From: the human T2T-CHM13v2.0 reference genome, Homo sapiens
Assembly: GCF_009914755.1 (NCBI RefSeq)
Contig: NC_060945.1
Length of the DNA: 64,000 nt
Strand: one strand, 5' to 3'
This document shows positions 1 to 11,400 of this stretch, in pieces. A model generated the notes under the pieces. That model had not been told where the DNA came from. It was given only the letters and a program-made list of their open reading frames with translations, and made no database searches. The position numbers and the translations under genes were made by a program. The stretch's first letter is position 1. Each line of letters begins with the position of its first letter.

Positions 1-240
1 GAAGCAGCTGAGCAGTTCCAAAGGCGTGTTGTGTTTCTCTTTTCTGCCTCTTAGGCCAGTTAGTGGGACACGGCCAGTCCCTTCTTCCCTCACCTTTCAG
101 CGGGAAGGTGCCACCTGCCCAGTGAGCCGTCGGGATGACCCAGGGCAGGCACTGCAGCCTCTGGCCAAGCAGGTGCCCAGGCAGCACTGGTAATCATATG
201 TTTATTGTTCTTTTCTGCAGTAGCAGTCACCCCCTTCTCT

Positions 241-548
241 CTCTCTCTCTCTCTCTTTTTTTTTCTGGGGGACAGAGTCTCGCTCTGTTGCCAGGCTGGA
301 GTGCAGTGGCGCAATCTCGGCTCACTGAAACCTCCACCTCCCAGGTTTGAGCAATTCTCCTGCCTCAGCCTCCTGAGTAGCTGGGACTACAGGTGTGCAC
401 CACCACACTCAGCTAATTTTTTGTATTTTTAGTAGAGACAGGGTTTCACCGTGATGGCCAGGATGGTCTTGATCTCCTGACCTCGTGATCCGCCTGCCTC
501 AGCCTCCCAAAGTGCTGGGATTACAGGCGTGAGCCACTGCTCCCAGCC
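241..548 (-). mobile_element. Alu SINE, full length, AluSc-like; tail partly converted to (CT)n
   Basis: Antisense Alu with ggatggtcttgatctcctgacctcgtgatcc and ctctgttgccagg (Sc-type diagnostics); TSD acccccttctct at 229-240 and 549-560. Confidence 0.95.
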
Positions 549-975
549 ACCCCCTTCTCTTAAACGGTTCCTCTCTGACCCATGCTCCCACGCGGATCCA
601 TGAACAAGAAGGGCTGGGTCTGTGGCTGGGATTTGGGGTCCTTCCAGAAGCTGCTTTTCCACTCTTTTGGCCAAATGTTCCCCTTCCCCTGTTGCCAAAA
701 CTGATTTTATGGTCTAATTAGATGAGGGAGACACCTCTCTGGAGCCTAGGATTGAAGCTTCAAAGCTATTTTCAAGGCTGACGTTGGAAGATCCTGGAAA
801 CACTGGCCCTGTTCTGGGCATCATTCATTTCCCGGAGACATGACCAGCAAATCTGTTCAGATGAGACAAGTCCATGTGGCTTGAGGGCAGTGGGAGTGGA
901 TGCTGGTGAGACTGTCCTGATGGTGTCTGTCCAGGGAAAAGCAGGAGGACTCCTGTTGCTGAGTGCACCCAGCTC

Positions 976-1149
976 GAAGCTCGGGGTTCCCCCTGCCTGG
1001 GAGGAACAGGGGGTCCCAGCTCAGCAGTGGAAAGAAGCTCGGGGTTCCCTCTGCCTGGGAGGACCAGGGGGTCCCAGCTCAGCGGTGGAAAGAAGCTCAG
1101 GGTTCCCTAAGCCTGGGAGGACCAGGGGGTCCCAGTTCAGCTGTGGAAA
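976..1149. repeat. Minisatellite, 3 x 58 bp
   Basis: Unit gaagctcggggttccc...cccagctcagcagtggaaa starts at 976, 1034 and 1092. Confidence 0.92.
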
Positions 1150-3133
1150 GGAAAACTGGCCCCGCCGGATGGAGGATGTGTGTGGGGGGCTGCCTGGGGT
1201 CAGAGAAGGGGCTGGGGTGGTGGTCAATTGAGTGACCTGGATCAGGGATGTAGAGTGGGTGGGAAAGATGGGGAGGAGAGGTCTGGTTCATGACATTTAA
1301 GAATCTTTGAGAGTCTTGTCCCAAGAATGTTTCACCTGCCAGATGGGTGAAAACCTCTTCTGAGAAACAGGTGTCTTGTTTTCTCAACCAGAGAGTCAAT
1401 AATTATCATCTTGCCATAAGCATCTGGGTCTCAAACTTTCTGCTCTTCTATCCTTGACCTCCAACGATGAGCAAGATTCCCATCGAAGCTGAGCTGCTCC
1501 TTCAGGACCTGGGGGTCACCCCTGGGAGAACTGTCACTCATGCCCACGGCTTTGGATGTTGACCAGTCTGGTGTCATGAAGTCAGACCTGAGTGTCACGC
1601 AGAGATAGGCGGTGAGAAGTAAGGGTAGGCCCTGCTGTGACTGCAACTTAGGAGTAAATGCGTCACCTGGACCGACGGCAGGAAGTGCGGACAGTGGGAG
1701 GCCCATAGGTAAGGTCTCAGATGACCCTGGGCCATCCTGGCCCTGCTGTTTGCTATGTGGACTTAGCTTCACGCGGCCTCCCCATCTACGGCTCAATTTC
1801 CCCTCCAGGAGACAGGCATCCCAGCCTGCCTGGTGACTCTGGGCAGGGAAAGCAGCAGAGCTACCTGCCCCCGGCTCTGCGGGGGTGGGACGTGTGAATC
1901 TCTGGGGTGTTTTGAGATGACTTTTTGTGTTGTTGGTGATCTGCTGTTAACATGGGAGACAGAGTTGACGTTTTCTGTCCCAGACCTGGGACGAAGCTCT
2001 TGGGCGCGGACACAGCGTTCCTCAGTGGCTCTTTGATCGCAGCCCTGCGCCCCACTGTGTAGCGTTGAGAGGCCACTTCCACCAGCCTCTGTCCAGCTCC
2101 ACTTGTGACCAGGTGCAAGAGGTTCCCGAGCCAGCATCCTGAACGACATTTTGTCCCATGTTTAGAGTCGAATCCTGTGATGTCTTTGGGTAAACATTAC
2201 TGGGCCCATTTCAAGGATTGTGAAACCGACGGGAAAGGAGAGACCTCTGCGTCCAGGTGGTGGAGAACAAGGACAAGGGCCCATGGCTCCAAACTCCGGT
2301 CCGGGGCCCTTCCCGTCCCAGCACGCTGGCGAGGGGCAGGACCACGGACCACAGGCTTATTTTATTTTATTTTTTTCTTTGTCTGGAACACTCTGAATCT
2401 GATATTTAAAAATTGATCATGATTCATAGCCAGAGATGGGGGCTAACTGTCTCCTAGCTTCCCCAGCGTTTCTGAAGAAATCCATTAAGACTGTCCAGAG
2501 GGACAATGGCAGGATCTGTTAGCATCCCCCACCATGTCCCCTTGGACCTTCCCTCTGTGCCAGGCCACCGCGGCCAGCCTCCTGGTCATTTTGTCCCAGC
2601 ATCTGGAAAGTGCTCAGCGTCTGTGGCTGCCCTCCGGCCGGTGGGGTAGCTGCAGTGTGGGACAGTGTTGCCTGGCAGGGATTGGCCCCGTACCTGTGGT
2701 GGCAGCCTGCTTGGCTACACAGGGCTGCTGGGGGCCCCACTTCCCTGTCTCAGTTCTCAATCCCCTGCCGGGGGGCCTGGAGTCACACCCCGTGTCTAGG
2801 AGTGTCCTCACCTGCTTGTCCTGGGCTGCTGCTGCGTCCCATGGAGCAGTGGCACAACACACGCCTTTGTAAGAAGATGGCAAATGCCTGATCGTCCCTC
2901 TCAGCAGTGTGGCTGGTGTCAGGGCAATGGGCATGGGACCCAGCTGTGGCTCAGGTCTGGCCTCACGTGCTCCTGCCCCTGGGCCAGCACCCGGCTGTCT
3001 GGGCTGCGGTTCTGAGTCTGTCAGTGGGATAAGGATGTGCACCTCGTCCGGGAAGTGTCTGCGCCTCCTGTGGAGCACGCACTGACTTAGAACTTCTCCG
3101 TTGGGATTGCTTTTCGTCCTGTTATCAGGCCAG

Positions 3134-3476
3134 TGACTCAGTCCTGCTCCATCTTCCAGAGGAGGAGACAGAAGCGCTACGAGGTTGAGTCACTCGTCCA
3201 AGTTGACACAGTGGCCTGTCTGAGTCCAGAGCCTGCGCCGTGGCCCCACGCAGCCTCTCTGCCTCCCGGTGCCGTGAGTTTGCCTGGGTAAAGCTGGCTG
3301 CATACGAGCCTCTGTCGTCACGGGCTCCTACTTTAAGGTGCCGTCCTGTGCGGCTGCCAAAGGGAACAACGTTGTCAGAACCTCTTCCCCCGGGGAGTCC
3401 GGAGCTGCTTGGTGCTGGGGGGCTAGCCAGTGACCTTGCTCCCTGATCTTGGCACACACGAGGCAAATCTGAGTCA
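3134..3476. promoter_or_regulatory. Cluster of three perfect AP-1 sites (candidate enhancer)
   Basis: TGACTCA 3134-3140, TGAGTCA 3186-3192, TGAGTCA 3470-3476; motif evidence only. Confidence 0.35.
3145..3235 (-). mobile_element. MIR fragment
   Basis: ccatcttccagaggaggagacagaagcgctacgaggttgagtcactcgtccaagttgacacag resembles the antisense MIR core. Confidence 0.6.
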
Positions 3477-4314
3477 CCCACCCAGTCCCCAAGGTGTCAG
3501 CCCCAGGACAAATGGAAAGCCAGTGGTGACCTGAGGAACAGGAGCAAGGCAGGCTGGACCAGGTCAGGGCATGGAGAGAGCTGGCCCAGGATAGGAGGGG
3601 CCCTCCCCAGGTGTCACAGGAGGGGTGCTGTTTACTATGTGGACAACTGGTGCTAATTCGTTGTTCACTGTTTTTGATATACATTGCTTGGAATCAAGGC
3701 TTGGCAAAGGCCTCTGAGTTCTGGCCCTGCCCCTGGCCAGGTCTGGGAGAGGGAACTCTTCCCTCTCTGAGCCTGCTCCATGCCAGCCTGTTCCCCGAGC
3801 CAAGAGAGCTGTGGGTTGTCACACACCGAGGGTGGGCCTGGGCTAGTCTGCTTTCTGTGGCCATGGAACTGGAGGGCCCAGGCATTCACCCATCTCCAGG
3901 CTGTTCTGACCTTGGAGAGTGGGCAGAGATGCTGTGCTTGGGGTGTGGGCCTCCCAGGAAACGTACGTGTTGGTGACCTGTGCAATAGGACAGCGTGGTA
4001 ACTAAAAAGAAATGCATTTTTAATGGTGAAATTGTGGCCCACTGCCCAGTGGGATTCCTCTGTTCACTCCGGGAGGCAGGGTTTGGCTTTGCTTGCAGTG
4101 CCCAGGGCCCAGTCTCATGGCCTGTGACTGCCTGTCTCCCCCCGGCCGCTACCCAGCGAGAGCTCACACCTCATCCAGCTCCAGGAGCACAGAGTGTGGC
4201 AGCTGGGCGGAGTAGAGGAGTAGAGGTGTGGCAGGTGTGGCTCCCTGTGACCTTGGATAAGTCACAAGTGGCCTCCAAGCCTTCTTGCCTTGGGCTTACA
4301 ATGGGATGTTCCTG

Positions 4315-4328
4315 CCACCAGGTGGAGC
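4315..4328 (+). promoter_or_regulatory. Candidate CTCF site
   Basis: CCACCAGGTGGAGC, one mismatch to CCASYAGRKGGCRS; motif evidence only. Confidence 0.3.
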
Positions 4329-4611
4329 GGAGCCCCCGAGAGCCGGCACAGCATTTCTGCCCAGCTCTTTAGCATACAACCTCACCCGCCACTGTGCAGC
4401 GTTCAGAGGTCACTGCCGCTGGCCTCTGTCCAGCTCACTTGTGACCTTCCCTGGGATGTGCGAGAGGAGGGCGTGAGCAGGGTGGCGTGAGCAGGGTGGC
4501 GGCCGTGCGTCACCTGCCAGGAGTTCCCGGTGGGTGCTGGAGCCTGCGGAGCAGCCCTGGGCAGCAGGCAGTTTGCATGGCTTTTTGCGTTTTTTGTTCA
4601 TTTGTTTTTGA

Positions 4612-4728
4612 TAGGGAAAAAGAAAGGAAGGAAGAAAGAGAGGGAGGGAAGGAGAGAGGCAAGAGAGAGAGAGGAGGGGAAGAAGGGAGGAGTCGGGGGA
4701 GAGAAAGGCATTTCAGAGGGGAGAGAAG
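4612..4728. repeat. GA-rich low-complexity tract
   Basis: Nearly pure purine run (agaaaggaaggaagaaagagagggagggaagg...). Confidence 0.85.
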
Positions 4729-5194
4729 TCCCTACAGGCAAGCCAAGTCCCCTAAGTGCTGTGGGAGGGGCACTCCTTAGCCGACTGGCTGCCAGGTCTC
4801 CCGGGCAGGGCTCCCCTCGGCCACCCTCCTCCCATCTTGGTGCCACGGGCAGCCTGCCAATGTCAGCTGGCCTTGGGGAGCTGGGGAGGGGCTGGTGCTA
4901 CCCTGGGCTGCTGGTGGAGCCCTCGTCCAGAGAGGATGTGCTGGTCTACCCGGGGGGCAGCCAAGTCCACAGCACAGCTCTGCCACGTGGCCTGTGTTAC
5001 CCAAGGCTAGAGTAGCCTCCTCACCTTGGTTCTGCTGTTCATCCTTGCCCTGATCTGGCTTGGGACAGTCACTGCAGGGAGCTGAGGGAAGCCCCTCTCT
5101 CACCTGAGGCTTCAGGCCCTGGAGTTAAGCCCCTCTCACCACAGACACACTCACCCCGTGCTGTTAGGCTTCCGGAAGTAAGAAGGGCTGTGTG

Positions 5195-5405
5195 CAGGGA
5201 CCACACCTGGGCTTCAATCCTGACTCCTCCCAACCTCTAGTTGTGTGGCCTTCAGAAAATTATTCCCTCATCCCCAGCTTCTGATGAGACCTGCAATGAC
5301 CAAACTGCAGAGTTGTTCAGAGGATCGAAGCAACTAATAAGAGGGACAGTGCCCAGCAGGGTGGCTGGCAGAGAGGCACTGGCAAATGTTAGTTTCTGCT
5401 TTTCA
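5195..5405 (+). mobile_element. MIR, diverged, ending just upstream of the giant array
   Basis: cctgggcttcaatcctgactc...tagttgtgtggcctt...gttgttcagaggatc...acagtgcccagc...aaatgttag follows the MIR consensus order. Confidence 0.62.
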
Positions 5406-5474
5406 GCTATTGAGATCTCCAACAGTGATGCCATAATAAGTCTCTCAAAAACCCCTGGAAGACTGTATCAAGGG

Positions 5475-8400
5475 GTTGTTGTTGGTGGCACTGGTGTGAT
5501 AATGGATCTGATATTCATTGTGATAGCAGTGGTCATGAAAACAGTAGTTTTTGTGGTGGTGATGGTGGTGGCGGTGATGGTGATGATAGTGAGGGTGGTA
5601 ATGGTGAGGGTGGTGATGGCGGTGGTGGTAGTGATGGTAGTGATAGTTGTGATGGTTGTGATGGTGAGGGTGGCGATAGTAACAGTGGTTGCAGTGATGG
5701 TGGTGGTGGTGGGGACAGTGGTGGTGACAGTGGTGGTGGTGAGGATGGTGATGGTGGTGGTGATGGTGGGAGTGAAGGTAGTGGTGGTGGTGATGGTGGT
5801 GGTGGTGGTGGTGGTGATGGTGATGGTGGTGGTGGGAGTGAAGGTGGTGGTGGTGGTGATGGTGGTGGTGGGAGTGAAAGTGGTGGTGGTGGTGGTGGGA
5901 GTGAAGGTAGTGGTGGTGGTGATGGTGGTGGTGATGGTGGTGGTGATGGTGATGGTGATGGTGGTGGTGATGGTGATGGTGGTGGTGATGGTGATGGTGG
6001 TGGTGATGGTGGTGGTGATGGTGGTGGTGGTGGTGATGGTGATGGTGATGGTGGTGGTGGTGGTGAAGGTAGTGGTGATGGTGATGGTGATGGTGGTGGT
6101 GGTGGTGGGAGTGAAGGTGGTGGTGGTGGCAATGGTGATGGTGGTGGTGGGAGTGAAGGTAGTGGTGGTGGTGATGGTGGTGGTGGGAGTGAAGGTAGTG
6201 GTGGTGGGGATGGTGGTGGTGGTGGTGGTGGTGATGGTGATGGTGGTGGTGGGAGTGAAGGTGGTGGTGGTGATGGTGGTGGTGGTGGGAGTGAAGGTGG
6301 TGGTGGTGGCAATGGTGATGGTGGTGGTGGGAGTGAAGGTAGTGGTGGTGGTGATGGTGGTGGTGGTGGGAGTGAAGGTGGTGGTGGTGATGGTGGTGGT
6401 GGTGGTGGGAGTGAAGGTAGTGGTGGTAGGGATGGTGATGGTGGTGGTGGGAGTGAAGGTAGTGGTGGTAGGGATGGTGGTGGTGGTGGTGGGAGTGAAG
6501 GTAGTGGTGGTGGTGATGGTGATGGTGGTGGGAGTGAAGGTAGTGGTGGTGGGGATGGTGGTGGTGGTGGTGGGAGTGAAGGTAGTGGTGGTGGGGATGG
6601 TGATGGTGGTGGTGGGAGTGAAGGTGGTGGTGGTGATGGTGGTGGTGGTGGTGGGAGTGAAGGTAGTGGTGGTAGGGATGGTGATGGTGGTGGTGGGAGT
6701 GAAGGTAGTGGTGGTAGGGATGGTGGTGGTGGTGGTGGGAGTGAAGGTAGTGGTGGTGGTGATGGTGATGGTGGTGGTGGGAGTGAAGGTAGTGGTGGTG
6801 GGGATGGTGGTGGTGGTGGTGGGAGTGAAGGTAGTGGTGGTGGGGATGGTGGTGGTGGTGGTGGGAGTGAAGGTAGTGGTGGTGGGGATGGTGATGGTGG
6901 TGGTGGGAGTGAAGGTAGTGGTGGTGGTGATGGTGGTGGTGGTGGTGGGAGTGAAGGAAGTGGTGGTGGTGATGGTGGTGGTGGTGGTGGGAGTGAAGGT
7001 AGTGGTGGTAGGGATGGTGATGGTGGTGGTGGGAGTGAAGGTAGTGGTGGTGGTGATGGTGGTGGTGATGGTGGGAGTGAAGGTAGTGGTGGTGGGGATG
7101 GTGATGGTGCTGGTGGGAGTGAAGGTAGTGGTGGTGGTGATGGTGGTGGTGGTGGTGGTGGTGATGGTGATGGTGGTGGTGGGAGTGAAGGTGGTGGTGG
7201 TGGTGGTGGGAGTGAAGGTAGTGGTGGTGGTGATGGTGGTGGTGGTGGTGGGAGTGAAGGTGGTGGTGGTGATGGTGGTGGTGGTGGGAGTGAAAGTGGT
7301 GGTGGTGGTGGTGGGAGTGAAGGTAGTGGTGGTGGTGATGGTGGTGGTGGTGGTGGGAGTGAAGGTGGTGGTGGTGGTGGTGGGAGTGAAGGTAGTGGTG
7401 GTGGTGATGGTGGTGGTGGTGGTGGGAGTGAAGGTGGTGGTGGTGATGGTGGTGGTGGTGGGAGTGAAAGTGGTGGTGGTGGTGGTGGGAGTGAAGGTAG
7501 TGGTGGTGGTGATGGTGGTGGTGGTGGTGGGAGTGAAGGTGGTGGTGGTGATGGTGGTGGTGGGAGTGAAGGTAGTGGTGGTGGGGATGGTGATGGTGCT
7601 GGTGGGAGTGAAGGTAGTGGTGGTGGTGATGGTGGTGGTGATGGTGGGAGTGAAGGTAGTGGTGGTGGGGATGGTGATGGTGCTGGTGGGAGTGAAGGTA
7701 GTGGTGGTGGTGATGGTGGTGGTGGTGGTGGTGGTGATGGTGATGGTGGTGGTGGGAGTGAAGGTGGTGGTGGTGATGGTGGTGGTGGTGGGAGTGAAAG
7801 TGGTGGTGGTGGTGGTGGGAGTGAAGGTAGTGGTGGTGGTGATGGTGGTGGTGGTGGTGGGAGTGAAGGTGGTGGTGGTGGTGATCGTGATGGTGGTGGT
7901 GGGAGTGAAGGTGGTGGTGGTGATGGTGGTGGTGGGAGTGAAGGTAGTGGTGGTGGGGATGGTGATGGTGCTGGTGGGAGTGAAAGTAGTGGTGGTGGTG
8001 ATGGTGGTGGTGGTGGTGGTGGGAGTGAAGGTGGTGGTGGTGGTGATGGTGGTGGTGGTGGGAGTGAAGGTAGTGGTGGTGGTGATGGTGGTGGTGGTGG
8101 TGGGAGTGAAGGTGGTGGTGGTGATGGTGATGGTGGTGGTGGGAGTGAAGGTGGTGGTGGTGATGGTGGTGGTGGGAGTGAAGGTAGTGGTGGTGGTGAT
8201 GGTGGTGGTGGTGGTGGGAGTGAAGGTAGTGGTGGTAGGGATGGTGATGGTGGTGGTGGGAGTGAAGGTAGTGGTGGTGTGATGGTGGTGGTGGTGGTGG
8301 GAGTGAAGGTGGTGGTGGTGGTGATGGTGATGGTGGTGGTGGGAGTGAAGGTAGTGGTGGTAGGGATGGTGGTGGTGGTGGTGGGAGTGAAGGTAGTGGT

Positions 8401-11400
8401 GGTGGGGATGGTGATGGTGGTGGTGGGAGTGAAGGTAGTGGTGGTGGGGATGGTGGTGGTGGTGGTGGGAGTGAAGGTAGTGGTGGTAGGGATGGTGATG
8501 GTGGTGGTGGGAGTGAAGGTAGTGGTGGTGGTGATGGTGGTGGTGATGGTGGGAGTGAAGGTAGTGGTGGTGGGGATGGTGATGGTGGTGGTGGGAGTGA
8601 AGGTAGTGGTGGTGGTGATGGTGGTGGTGGTGGTGGGAGTGAAGGTAGTGGTGGTAGGGATGGTGATGGTGGTGGTGGGAGTGAAGGTAGTGGTGGTGGT
8701 GATGGTGGTGGTGATGGTGGGAGTGAAGGTAGTGGTGGTGGGGATGGTGATGGTGCTGGTGGGAGTGAAGGTAGTGGTGGTGGTGATGGTGGTGGTGGTG
8801 GTGGTGGTGATGGTGATGGTGGTGGTGGGAGTGAAGGTGGTGGTGATGGTGGTGGTGGGAGTGAAGGTGGTGGTGGTGGGAGTGAAGGTAGTGGTGGTGG
8901 TGATGGTGGTGGTGGGAGTGAAGGTGGTGGTGGTGGTGATGGTGATGGTGGTGGTGGGAGTGAAGGTGGTGGTGGTGATGGTGGTGGTGGGAGTGAAGGT
9001 AGTGGTGGTGGGGATGGTGATGGTGCTGGTGGGAGTGAAGGTAGTGGTGGTGGTGATGGTGGTGGTGGTGGTGGTGGTGGTGATGGTGGTGGTGGGAGTG
9101 AAGGTGGTGGTGGTGATGGTGGTGGTGGTGGGAGTGAAGGTGGTGGTGGTGGTGGTGGGAGTGAAGGTAGTGGTGGTGGTGATGGTGGTGGCGGTGGTGG
9201 GAGTGAAGGTGGTGGTGGTGATGGTGATGGTGGTGGTGGGAGTGAAGGTGGTGGTGGTGATGGTGGTGGTGGGAGTGAAGGTAGTGGTGGTGGTGATGGT
9301 GGTGGTGGTGGTGGGAGTGAAGGTAGTGGTGGTAGGGATGGTGATGGTGGTGGTGGGAGTGAAGGTAGTGGTGGTGGTGATGGTGGTGGTGGTGGGAGTG
9401 AAGGTGGTGGTGGTGGTGATGGTGATGGTGGTGGTGGGAGTGAAGGTAGTGTTGGTAGGGATGGTGGTGGTGGTGGTGGGAGTGAAGGTAGTGGTGGTGG
9501 GGATGGTGATGGTGGTGGTGGGAGTGAAGGTAGTGGTGGTGGGGATGGTGATGGTGGTGGTGGGAGTGAAGGTAGTGGTGGTAGGGATGGTGATGGTGGT
9601 GGTGGGAGTGAAGGTAGTGGTGGTAGGGATGGTGATGGTGGTGGTGGGAGTGAAGGTAGTGATGGTGGGGATGGTGATGGTGGTGGTGGGAGTGAAGGTA
9701 GTGGTGGTGGGGATGGTGATGGTGGTGGGAGTGAAGGTAGTGGTGGTAGGGATGGTGATGGTGGTGGTGGGAGTGAAGGTAGTGGTGGTGGGGATGGTGA
9801 TGGTGGTGGTGGGAGTGAAGGTAGTGGTGGTGGGGATGGTGATGGTGGTGGTGGGAGTGAAGGTAGTGGTGGTGGTGATGGTGATGGTGCTGGTGGGAGT
9901 GAAGGTAGTGGTGGTGGTGATGGTGGTGGTGGTGGTGGTGGTGATGGTGATGGTGGTGGTGGGAGTGAAGGTGGTGGTGGTGGTGGTGGTGGCGATGGTG
10001 GTGGTGGTGGTGGGAGTGAAGGTAGTGGTGGTGGTGATGGTGATGTTGGTGGGAGTGAAGGTGGTGGTGGTGGTGGTGGGAGTGAAGGTAGTGGTGGTGG
10101 TGATGGTGCTGGTGGTGGTGGGAGTGAAGGTGGTGGTGGTGAAGGTAGTGGTGGTGGTGATGGTGGTGGTGGTGGTGGGAGTGAAGGTAGTGGTGGTGGT
10201 GATGGTGGTGGTGGGAGTGAAGGTAGTCGTGGTGGTGATGGTGATGGTGGTGGTGGGAGTGAAGGTAGTGGTGGTGGTGATGGTGATGGTGGTGGTGGGA
10301 GTGAAGGTGGTGGTGGCGATGGTGATGGTGGTGGTGGGAGTGAAGGTAGTGGTGGTGGTGATGGTGGTGGTGGTGGTGGGAGTGAAGGTGGTGGTGGTGG
10401 TGGTGGTGGGAGTGAAGGTGGTGGTGGTGATGGTGGTGGTGGGAGTGAAGGTAGTGGTGGTGGTGATGGTGGTGGTGGTGGTGGGAGTGAAGGTGGTGGT
10501 GGTGATGGTGGTGGTGGGAGTGAAGGTAGTGGTGGTGGTGATGGTGGTGGTGGTGGTGGGAGTGAAGGTGGTGGTGGTGGTGGGAGTGAAGGTGGTGGTG
10601 GTTGTGATGGTGGTGGTGGTGGGAGTGAAGGTAGTGGTGGTTGTGATGGTGGTGGTGGTGGGAGTGAAGGTAGTGGTGGTGGTGATGGTGATGGTGGTGG
10701 TGGGAGTGAAGGTAGTGGTGGTGGTGATGGTGGTGGTGGTGGGAGTGAAGGTAGTGGTGGTGGTGATGGTGATGGTGGTGGGAGTGAAGGTGGTGGTGGT
10801 GGCGATGGTGATGGTGGTGGTGGGAGTGAAGGTAGTGGTGGTGGTGATGGTGGTGGTGGGAGTGAAGGTAGTGGTGGTGGGGATGGTGGTGGTGGTGGTG
10901 GTGGTGATGGTGATGGTGGTGGTGGGAGTGAAGGTGGTGGTGGTGATGGTGGTGGTGGTGGGAGTGAAGGTGGTGGTGGTGGCAATGGTGATGGTGGTGG
11001 TGGGAGTGAAGGTAGTGGTGGTGGTGATGGTGGTGGTGGTGGGAGTGAAGGTGGTGGTGGTGATGGTGGTGGTGGTGGTGGGAGTGAAGGTAGTGGTGGT
11101 AGGGATGGTGATGGTGGTGGTGGGAGTGAAGGTAGTGGTGGTAGGGATGGTGGTGGTGGTGGTGGGAGTGAAGGTAGTGGTGGTGGTGATGGTGATGGTG
11201 GTGGTGGGAGTGAAGGTAGTGGTGGTGGGGATGGTGGTGGTGGTGGTGGGAGTGAAGGTAGTGGTGGTGGGGATGGTGATGGTGGTGGTGGGAGTGAAGG
11301 TGGTGGTGGTGATGGTGGTGGTGGTGGTGGGAGTGAAGGTAGTGGTGGTAGGGATGGTGATGGTGGTGGTGGGAGTGAAGGTAGTGGTGGTAGGGATGGT

